Shown piece after piece: positions 6,899 through 12,921 of a stretch of 29,082 nt of DNA. The translations under genes were made by a program, and so were the position numbers. The notes under the pieces are model-generated. The model was not told where the DNA came from. It was given only the letters and a program-made list of their open reading frames with translations, and searched no databases. Numbering within the stretch: the stretch's first letter is position 1; each line of letters begins with the position of its first letter. This DNA comes from a virus: positions 1 to 29,082 of IMG/VR virus record IMGVR_UViG_3300032218_001723; one strand, written 5' to 3'.

Positions 6899-7467
6899 TT
6901 ATTTAGAAAAATATCCCAAAGTTTTTCAGTATCATTAGTTTCTACATTCGCTTTCATCTTCTCTACCTTATCATAAAACTTTTTATCCAAATCCATAATG
7001 AATGCGAACTCTGTAGTATTATTATATTCATAGATAATTTTGTGTATTTCTTCCATAGTATAACGATTGTTTCCTTCGCTTACTTGTTGCCAAATCTTTG
7101 TGAAGTGTGGTTTTTCTGCTCCGTTGAAGATGTAATCACATACACAATTAGTATTCATCATTTCTGCATGTAGGTAGTTCAACTGACTTTCTTTTTGCAA
7201 AAACCAATCAGCCCTTACCAATTCCCAACCACAACATTCAGCAATGTATTCTAATTCATTTGCAACAAATTGGTCGTAGTCATCACCATTCAATTCACCA
7301 TTTTCTTCTTCGTATTGATACAAACTATCGTCAATCATTTCACTAATGCTATAAGAATAGTCCAAACCATCGGTGGTTTCCATTTTCATAACATTCCAGC
7401 TTCCGTTGTAGTGGGTGTAAATTGGTGTTCCGTTTTCTTTGATGTAAAGTTTTTTAATGTTTTCCAT
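6886..7467 (-). CDS. Acidic hypothetical protein, 193 aa
   Basis: ATG 7465-7467. Contains Asp/Glu-rich tracts (YQYEEENGELNGDDYDQFVANELEY). Confidence 0.6.
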   Translation of the reverse strand: MENIKKLYIKENGTPIYTHYNGSWNVMKMETTDGLDYSYSISEMIDDSLYQYEEENGELNGDDYDQFVANELEYIAECCGWELVRADWFLQKESQLNYLHAEMMNTNCVCDYIFNGAEKPHFTKIWQQVSEGNNRYTMEEIHKIIYEYNNTTEFAFIMDLDKKFYDKVEKMKANVETNDTEKLWDIFLNNLAD

Positions 7468-7492
7468 AGTGTGTGTGTTTTTAATTGTTTTA

Positions 7493-7524
7493 CAAAGTTA
7501 TGAATAATATTTTATTCTGCCAAA
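7493..7524 (-). promoter_or_regulatory. Bacteroidota-type promoter: -33 TTTG(GCAG), 20-nt spacer, -7 TAACTTTG
   Basis: The minus strand reads TTTGGCAGAATAAAATATTATTCATAACTTTGTAAAACAATT, 25 nt upstream of ATG 7467. Confidence 0.5.
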
Positions 7525-7760
7525 TAAAATGGGTAAGATATTTTTTCAATAAAATCTTCAACACCATCACATTCTTTTCTAAAGAAGTTGAATAGGTCAT
7601 CTTCATTTTTAATATCATATTCTTCCATTTCATCATCATATTCATCACACCACATTTGATATACATAATCAAATCTTCCGCTTTTAAGTGCTTCTTCAAC
7701 TGAAGACCATTCGTGGATTAAATCAATCCCATCGTTCATATTTGTTTCTATTACTTTCAT
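7512..7760 (-). CDS. Very acidic small protein, 82 aa
   Basis: I prefer the start MKVIETNMNDG (ATG 7758-7760). The track start at 7805 lies inside the T-tract of the upstream terminator. I count 24 Asp/Glu against about 7 Lys/Arg. Confidence 0.55.
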   Translation of the reverse strand: MKVIETNMNDGIDLIHEWSSVEEALKSGRFDYVYQMWCDEYDDEMEEYDIKNEDDLFNFFRKECDGVEDFIEKISYPFYLAE

Positions 7761-7764
7761 AACA

Positions 7765-7795
7765 CGAAGATACAACTTATTTTCATACTGCCAAA
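7765..7795 (-). promoter_or_regulatory. Promoter-like element: -33 TTTG(GCAG), 19-nt spacer, -7 TATCTTCG, then 4 nt to the ATG
   Basis: The minus strand reads TTTGGCAGTATGAAAATAAGTTGTATCTTCGTGTTATG. There is one mismatch in the -7 box. Confidence 0.4.
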
Positions 7796-7805
7796 ATAAA
7801 AGCAT

Positions 7806-7834
7806 AAAAAAAGGGAAAGTTTTTACACTTTCCC
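7806..7834 (-). terminator. Rho-independent terminator
   Basis: The minus strand reads GGGAAAGT-GTAAAA-ACTTTCCC followed by TTTTTTT, 30 nt after the stop of ORF 7864..8292. Confidence 0.75.
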
Positions 7835-7863
7835 CTACAACACGACCCCAAATAATAATGGCG

Positions 7864-8292
7864 TTATAGAACTTCTGGGTCTTCCTGTGATGTATCTTGG
7901 TAATTGTTAGGTAATATAACCTTAACTTCTATTTTTTCAAGTCCCGTGTGGTTTAACTCTATGGATTGTTTAACCTTGTATTCGGGGTGTCTATGTTTTA
8001 AGAAGAATTGTAGCAAGTTGGGATTGTCCCTTAAAGATTGTTTTAATATTTCTTCCGCCTGTTCTAACTCTATTTGGAAATATTCTTCAATCTTCTGCTT
8101 GAACTCCTCGTCGTATTTCTTCCATCTGTAGTAAGAAACTTCCGTAGTCCCACAATCTTTACAGGCTTGAACTACCGATTTACCTTCGGCTAATCTTTTA
8201 ACGATACAATTTTGTTTTGTAATCGTGGTATGTCTATTCTTGGGCTCCCTTGAATAAACATAATTTCTTTTAGGCTTGTTTTGCTCGTCCAT
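7864..8292 (-). CDS. HTH protein, 142 aa, terminase-small-subunit-like
   Basis: It has an N-terminal HTH (VKRLAEGKSVVQACKDCGTTEVSYYRWKK) and a LLQFFLKHRHPEYKVK segment. This layout recurs in small terminase / phBC6A51-type HTH proteins. The call is from memory only. Confidence 0.4.
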   Translation of the reverse strand: MDEQNKPKRNYVYSREPKNRHTTITKQNCIVKRLAEGKSVVQACKDCGTTEVSYYRWKKYDEEFKQKIEEYFQIELEQAEEILKQSLRDNPNLLQFFLKHRHPEYKVKQSIELNHTGLEKIEVKVILPNNYQDTSQEDPEVL

Positions 8293-8452
8293 ACATTATT
8301 GTTCTTTCTTCTTGTCCGTTAGGGGACATACCCAATTTACTAAATATGAACTCGTCTATCAACTTCAATTCACTTAAAGCCAGTCTATCCCACCCTTTAA
8401 CTGCTAAACGCATTTCTACTTTCTGTAATGGGGTTTGTTTGCAACTACACAT
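8270..8452 (-). CDS. Hypothetical protein, 60 aa
   Basis: ATG 8450-8452, 1 nt after the upstream stop. It overlaps the next gene by 23 nt. Confidence 0.4.
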   Translation of the reverse strand: MCSCKQTPLQKVEMRLAVKGWDRLALSELKLIDEFIFSKLGMSPNGQEERTIMYGRAKQA

Positions 8453-8453
8453 C

Positions 8454-8738
8454 TTATATTTCGTTTTTATTTAATCTTGAATGAATACACCATTTAATTT
8501 CATTTAGGTAATGGCAAGTTTCATATTCTTCTGTTTCTGTTAGGTATTCTATTCGTAAATCAAGACCATATAATAATTCATTTAATATTCTTGCCCTTGA
8601 CCTACTAGTCAATTCACTAGTTAAAATAACTTGTTGAAGTATTAAATCAACCCCATTTTCAATTACTTGTCGTTGTTCTTCTTTACTTAACTTGAATAGT
8701 TGTTCTGCTTCAATATCATCAATCCAACTTTTCTCCAT
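8454..8738 (-). CDS. Hypothetical protein, 94 aa
   Basis: The first codon in the track (8739-8741) is TTG; the ATG is at 8736-8738 (MEKSWIDDIEAEQ...). Confidence 0.55.
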   Translation of the reverse strand: MEKSWIDDIEAEQLFKLSKEEQRQVIENGVDLILQQVILTSELTSRSRARILNELLYGLDLRIEYLTETEEYETCHYLNEIKWCIHSRLNKNEI

Positions 8739-9045
8739 CAACTTCTTTTTTAGGTTTCAATCCTCTAATATTATCTGGTTTAATACCAGTCGTATATTTG
8801 GTTTTCAACTTCTTGTTTTCTATCATCAAATCATCAACCTTCTTTTCTAAATCTTGTATCTTAAGGTTTAATGAATGTATTTCTTGTTTCAGGTCGTCAA
8901 TCAAGCTCTTGTAGATATTGACTGCCAGTTCCACATTACGTAATACACTATTTTCAAGTTCTGCTTGTTTCTGTCTTTTAGATACAATATACGTGGCAAT
9001 ACCTGTTAAAGCGTTGGATACTATTAAAATTAAATTGTCGTTCAT
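8719..9045 (-). CDS. Membrane-anchored coiled-coil protein, 108 aa
   Basis: It has an N-terminal hydrophobic helix (LILIVSNALTGIATYIV) followed by a heptad-like segment (LKQEIHSLNLKIQDLEKKVDDLMIENKKLK). Confidence 0.55.
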   Translation of the reverse strand: MNDNLILIVSNALTGIATYIVSKRQKQAELENSVLRNVELAVNIYKSLIDDLKQEIHSLNLKIQDLEKKVDDLMIENKKLKTKYTTGIKPDNIRGLKPKKEVDGEKLD

Positions 9046-9057
9046 AAACTATAAATA

Positions 9058-9357
9058 TCACTTTAGTCCGTGTCGTTTATTAAATTGTTTCCATACTGGT
9101 GTTTTGGAATAGGGGTCATAACCCATATCTATCAATATTTCGTTGATGGCTTTTTCAACAACACCTTCCCTTGTTGCGTGAGCTTTCTTTGCTCTACAAG
9201 AACTACACATCAAACAATTACCATAAGCATCAATATATCTTAAACAACCACGAAACTTATTCTTTGGCATCCACAACATACAATTACCACACTCGTATTC
9301 CCATTCCCCATTTTCATCAATTCTTTTTCGTCTTACAATAAACTCGTGTTGTTGCAT
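9058..9357 (-). CDS. Zinc-ribbon protein, 99 aa
   Basis: Two Cys pairs, CGNC and CSSC, plus further Cys in between (ECGNCMLWMP...CLRYIDAYGNCLMCSSC). Confidence 0.6.
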   Translation of the reverse strand: MQQHEFIVRRKRIDENGEWEYECGNCMLWMPKNKFRGCLRYIDAYGNCLMCSSCRAKKAHATREGVVEKAINEILIDMGYDPYSKTPVWKQFNKRHGLK

Positions 9358-9376
9358 ATTAGGTAAAATTAAAAAA

Positions 9377-9465
9377 GGGGGAAGACGATGACCTGAATAG
9401 AATATTAGAACAAAACACTATAAGATAATGGGACTTACTTATAGTAAAAAAAAAATGCTTCCCCC
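9377..9465 (-). other. Nested inverted repeats (candidate structured RNA or compound terminator)
   Basis: On the plus strand the outer arms are GGGGGAAG (9377-9384) and CTTCCCCC (9458-9465), and the inner arms are ACTATAAG (9417-9424) and CTTATAGT (9438-9445). On the minus-strand RNA the outer stem is followed by UUUUUU, and the inner stem by GUUUUGUU. Confidence 0.4.
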
Positions 9466-9499
9466 AATACATATAAATATAAGATAAATTAAAAAAAAC

Positions 9500-9706
9500 T
9501 CAATCTTTAACAAATCCAATAATAATATTTTCTTGAACTGGTTTCTTACTATCAATCATTTTTTTGACTTCCCATCTGTTATATTCAAGAAACAAATTAT
9601 TCATTTCCATTCTATCTAATGAAGTCATTTTACTTTCATTACCTTTATTCCAGTCAGTAGTGAATACGGAATGATATTTCTTTGGGATATTAGTTAAATC
9701 TTTCAT
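9500..9706 (-). CDS. Hypothetical protein, 68 aa; first gene of the early leftward operon
   Basis: ATG 9704-9706, directly behind a promoter-like element. Confidence 0.55.
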   Translation of the reverse strand: MKDLTNIPKKYHSVFTTDWNKGNESKMTSLDRMEMNNLFLEYNRWEVKKMIDSKKPVQENIIIGFVKD

Positions 9707-9710
9707 ATTA

Positions 9711-9742
9711 CAAGTATAAATGAAATTAAAATAACAAACAAA
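9711..9742 (-). promoter_or_regulatory. Promoter-like element: -33 TTTG, 20-nt spacer, -7 TATACTTG, then 4 nt to the ATG
   Basis: The minus strand reads TTTGTTTGTTATTTTAATTTCATTTATACTTGTAATATG. There is one mismatch in the -7 box. Confidence 0.4.
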
Positions 9743-9748
9743 CTAATA

Positions 9749-9940
9749 TACTATCTTGGTAGAAAAAAAGGTGTCGGCAAGAAAAAGCCCCCAAAAAGAA
9801 CCGAAACCAATTCAATAATTTAGTTGTCCGTTCCAATAATCTTGTGAATTAAAGTTTAGAAGCGTTTAACGACATTGCTTCACCATAGTCCCATTATGGT
9901 TATTACTATCTTCGGCTCATATCCGTTAAAGGTGTCGGCA
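9749..9940. repeat. Bipartite direct repeat, TACTATCTT-N9/15-AAAGGTGTCGGCA, present twice in a 306-nt non-coding region
   Basis: Copy A is 9749-9757 plus 9767-9779. Copy B is 9904-9912 plus 9928-9940. No ORF longer than about 10 codons lies on the gene strand between 9707 and 10012. Confidence 0.5.
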
Positions 9941-10012
9941 CTATAAACTGCAATATGATTTAGATACAATAATAAATATATTGTAAAAAACGAAAAACTC
10001 AATAGAATGAAA

Positions 10013-10216
10013 CTATTTTTTTTGACCTAATTTTCTTTTAGGTTCTTCTTGACTGAAGGGTTGTTTCATAGCACTTCTAATTTGTTCTACGTGCTCCCTA
10101 CAGATTGCAACCCTAACTTGATTGCTACTGATATTTTTAATCATATCACTTGTGCTAGAACAACGTGATACATAACCTGCGGTGCTTTCACCCCTATTGT
10201 ATATTGGTAGATACAT
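10013..10216 (-). CDS. Hypothetical protein, 67 aa
   Basis: I prefer ATG 10214-10216 (MYLPIYNRGESTAGYV...). The longer track version runs antisense into the HNH gene and reads like junk. No promoter of its own was found. Confidence 0.35.
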   Translation of the reverse strand: MYLPIYNRGESTAGYVSRCSSTSDMIKNISSNQVRVAICREHVEQIRSAMKQPFSQEEPKRKLGQKK

Positions 10217-10220
10217 TTGT

Positions 10221-10251
10221 TTTGTAATATAATAATAAATATCTATCTTTG
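10221..10251 (+). promoter_or_regulatory. Bacteroidota-type promoter of the HNH gene: -33 TTTG, 19-nt spacer, -7 TATCTTTG, then 4 nt to the ATG
   Basis: The plus strand reads TTTGTAATATAATAATAAATATCTATCTTTGTAGTATG. Confidence 0.5.
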
Positions 10252-10255
10252 TAGT

Positions 10256-10756
10256 ATGGAAAAAGAAGTGTGGAAACAAATACAAAATCACCCAAATTAT
10301 TCAATTAGTAATTTTGGTAATATTAGAAATGATAATACTGGTAAGCATTTATCAAAAGTGTTGAATAATGGATACTATGCATTTTCATTTTTTTATTCAA
10401 GGACAGATAGACAAACTATACGACTACATCGTTTAGTTGCTATGGCTTTTATTCCTAATCCAAATAACTTACCTAATATCAATCATATTGATGGTTGTAA
10501 AACAAATAATCATTATTCCAATTTGGAATGGGTAAATCAAGAAGAAAATATAAAACACGCAAATAAGACAGGATTACATAAACCGCAAAAAGGAAGTGGT
10601 AATGGTAAATCTAAATTGACTGAAAACGATGTTAAAACCATCAAGAAACGATTATCTACTGGTGAAAGGTGTATTGATATAGCCAAGGACTTTTCAACAA
10701 CTACAGGAGCAATCTATGGTATTAAAAAAGGTAAATCTTGGGGTTGGTTAAATTAG
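10256..10756 (+). CDS. Free-standing HNH homing endonuclease (NUMOD4-like N-terminus, HNH core, C-terminal HTH), 166 aa
   Basis: The N-terminus is WKQIQNHPNYSISNFGNIRN. The HNH core is HRLVAMAFIPNPNNLPNINHIDGCKTNNHYSNLEWVNQEENIKHA. The C-terminal HTH is LTENDVKTIKKRLSTGERCIDIAKDFSTTTGAIYGIKKGKSW. I prefer the start MEKEVW (10256) over the track start at 10217. Confidence 0.85.
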   Translation: MEKEVWKQIQNHPNYSISNFGNIRNDNTGKHLSKVLNNGYYAFSFFYSRTDRQTIRLHRLVAMAFIPNPNNLPNINHIDGCKTNNHYSNLEWVNQEENIKHANKTGLHKPQKGSGNGKSKLTENDVKTIKKRLSTGERCIDIAKDFSTTTGAIYGIKKGKSWGWLN

Positions 10757-11316
10757 TAGCAGCATTGATTGTTCCAGCTAAATCTTCTTCTAGCTCCTAA
10801 TACTACTCCACCATTTCTAAACTTCTCACGGGGATTAGCAGGTTGAAGACCATTAGCAACCATATATGTGTAATATGGAACATAGAAGTTCTGGTTCCAA
10901 AATAACCAATCATTAGCACGTTGGGAATAATATGTCGCCAAATCACTAAACTCGTTCTTAAGGGTTCTCCAAACACTTAAATCAGCGTTGGTGCTGAACT
11001 CACCACTTTCACTTTGCACCCCTCTGTTTGCATACTTTGCAAGTAGGTTGGTAGTCAAATAAACCTGCGTCCAGTAAAGAACCACATTCTGCATATACTG
11101 GTCTAACAAGAACTTAAATCTTTCATTAGCAGGGTCGTCCATAGTATTCGTGATGATAAGTTCATTTATCTTATCAAACAATCTATCACCCAATATATCA
11201 CGAGCATTTATGAAATGAGCTTGTTGTAAAGCTGGTAAGATATTCCCACTTAATAGGGAATATTCAACAGGTAAATTATCACGAACATAACTTTCGTCAA
11301 TCCAATAAATCATCAT
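10753..11316 (-). CDS. Head-tail connector/adaptor-like protein, 187 aa
   Basis: It directly follows the portal gene (TAATG overlap). The N-terminal pattern WIDESYVRDNLPVEY...ILPALQQAHFINARDILGDRLFDKI resembles gp6-like connector proteins. The call is from memory only. Confidence 0.45.
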   Translation of the reverse strand: MMIYWIDESYVRDNLPVEYSLLSGNILPALQQAHFINARDILGDRLFDKINELIITNTMDDPANERFKFLLDQYMQNVVLYWTQVYLTTNLLAKYANRGVQSESGEFSTNADLSVWRTLKNEFSDLATYYSQRANDWLFWNQNFYVPYYTYMVANGLQPANPREKFRNGGVVLGARRRFSWNNQCCY

Positions 11317-12440
11317 TATAGTTCAGGTGTTTTAAGGTTGTTTATTATCTTAACAGGTCTATCATACTTCAACGCTAAAATACCTTCAAGACCCATATTT
11401 ACTTTCTTTATCATCGGTTTAATTACAATTTCCATCATATGCTTCCAAGCTACTTGTAATTCATCAGCATTTTGACTGAATGGATTACTACTAAATCCTT
11501 GAATACCAATCAATAAGGGGGACGACACTTGTTGTGCCGTAAGGATACTTTGGATACACATATTCAATACTTCCGTATAGAATGTATCATTACCATTATT
11601 GCTAATGGCTTCTATGACTGGTCTTTCGTCAGCTGAATTACTGAAAGCCAACATTAGTTTTTGTCCGTTCTTACCTTGATATGACCTAACCAATTCTTCA
11701 TAAGTTTCTAACTTTTCTTCAGGGGTAGGGTCTCCAATCAAACTAACGAATAAGTTTGGCATTAGTGATGCTGCTAAATTGGTCTTGTGGAATTGGAATA
11801 TTTCACCTTCTAATACACAAGCATCAATACCACTTTGATATGGTGTTAAAGGGTAATGTCTGTTCGTTGTAGGGGTATAATTCTTCCAATAGTATAATTG
11901 TCTCGCATCCCTTCTTTCAAGGTCTAATCCGTGAAACTTGGTAATAACTCTGTTTTGACCTAGATTTTGCCAGTCATCGCAGTGATAGAACCAATCCAAT
12001 TCTTCATCGTGTTTGTCTCCTTCACCTTTACCGATACGGATATTTTGGAAAGGAATATGATAGATACTTTCAATTCTACTTCCGTCCCTTGAAGGTATTA
12101 CTTCTATGGTGAAACCACCAAATAACCAAACATCATAGAACAATTTGTAATATAGTTCCGTGATTGTTTCATAGCGATTTACCAATACATTTCCTAACCC
12201 TTCAATTTCACAACCTTCACCGATTGCCATATTGGTTTTGGCATCAATACATACCGACATAACAGGGGAATGTTCTTTCACCTGTAATAAGAATTGTGGG
12301 TAGTCATTCTTTTCACCCCATAATACCCAAGGCTTTGACCTAATGGTTGCTTCCCTATTTTCACGGGTGTCTAATCTATTGATTAAGTAATCAATATTAA
12401 ACGAATGTATCTTTGGTTCTGGTTTATTTTTTAAGTCCAT
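11316..12440 (-). CDS. Portal protein, 374 aa
   Basis: Portal-family hallmarks seen by eye: PWVLWGEKNDYPQFLL...SPVMSVCIDAKTNMAIGEG, HYPLTPYQSGIDACVLEGEIFQFHKTNL, VSLIGDPTPEEK and SPLLIGIQGF. Confidence 0.7.
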   Translation of the reverse strand: MDLKNKPEPKIHSFNIDYLINRLDTRENREATIRSKPWVLWGEKNDYPQFLLQVKEHSPVMSVCIDAKTNMAIGEGCEIEGLGNVLVNRYETITELYYKLFYDVWLFGGFTIEVIPSRDGSRIESIYHIPFQNIRIGKGEGDKHDEELDWFYHCDDWQNLGQNRVITKFHGLDLERRDARQLYYWKNYTPTTNRHYPLTPYQSGIDACVLEGEIFQFHKTNLAASLMPNLFVSLIGDPTPEEKLETYEELVRSYQGKNGQKLMLAFSNSADERPVIEAISNNGNDTFYTEVLNMCIQSILTAQQVSSPLLIGIQGFSSNPFSQNADELQVAWKHMMEIVIKPMIKKVNMGLEGILALKYDRPVKIINNLKTPEL

Positions 12441-12464
12441 ATAGTATAAATATAAGTAAAAGGG

Positions 12465-12911
12465 TTATGATTTGTAGTAAATCACATTCGGGTCAAAATT
12501 AAGGGTGTTTCCTGTGTAGAAGACATTATCTTTTGCAACGAATATAAATGCCAACGAAGTCAGGACTTTATCAGCAGAAGGGGTTAAAGAATGTGAATTA
12601 GGTGGCATTTCATATACACCCAACCAATACTGGTTTTCGTTTTCTAAATGTAGATTACAAGGCGTCCCACCTGTATAATCCAAATTGACTGGTAATCCCT
12701 TGAATGTATCAAAACTGAATACATCATAACGATTAGCATACATAGATGGATATGTAGATGTGGCATTTTCGGGATAGAATGATATGATATTTTTTCCCTG
12801 ACTATTTTGCAAACGCCATAAATATCTAGGGTTCGCACCATAGTTTCCTGTCTTGTATTGCGACACATTTACAAAAATGTTATTCGTTTGTTCTTGTTGA
12901 ATGTATATCAT
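12465..12911 (-). CDS. Hypothetical structural-module protein, 148 aa
   Basis: ATG 12909-12911. The composition is beta-rich and it lies between the receptor-binding protein and the portal. Confidence 0.6.
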   Translation of the reverse strand: MIYIQQEQTNNIFVNVSQYKTGNYGANPRYLWRLQNSQGKNIISFYPENATSTYPSMYANRYDVFSFDTFKGLPVNLDYTGGTPCNLHLENENQYWLGVYEMPPNSHSLTPSADKVLTSLAFIFVAKDNVFYTGNTLNFDPNVIYYKS

Positions 12912-12921
12912 ATCTTATTTT

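Noticed and set aside
7512-7805. Long 97-aa version of the acidic ORF starting at 7805
   Set aside because: That ATG overlaps the T-tract of terminator 7806..7834 and precedes the promoter-like element 7765..7795. The internal ATG at 7758-7760 fits the signals.
9425-9897. An 11-nt inverted match AGTCCCATTAT (9887-9897) / ATAATGGGACT (9425-9435), both in hairpin loops
   Set aside because: Dozens of 11-mer matches are expected by chance in a 29-kb AT-rich genome, and there is no flanking similarity.
9707-10012. A tRNA or other canonical RNA gene in the large intergenic regions
   Set aside because: I could not fold a cloverleaf or find a T-loop (GTTCRANNC-type) signature in 9358-9499, 9707-10012, 5010-5151 or 15409-15528.
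10013-10291. Long 92-aa version of the minus-strand ORF overlapping the HNH start
   Set aside because: The extra N-terminal 25 residues (MILYLFPHFFFHTTKIDIYYYITKQ) are antisense to the HNH promoter and start and look non-protein-like, so I shortened the ORF to ATG 10214-10216.
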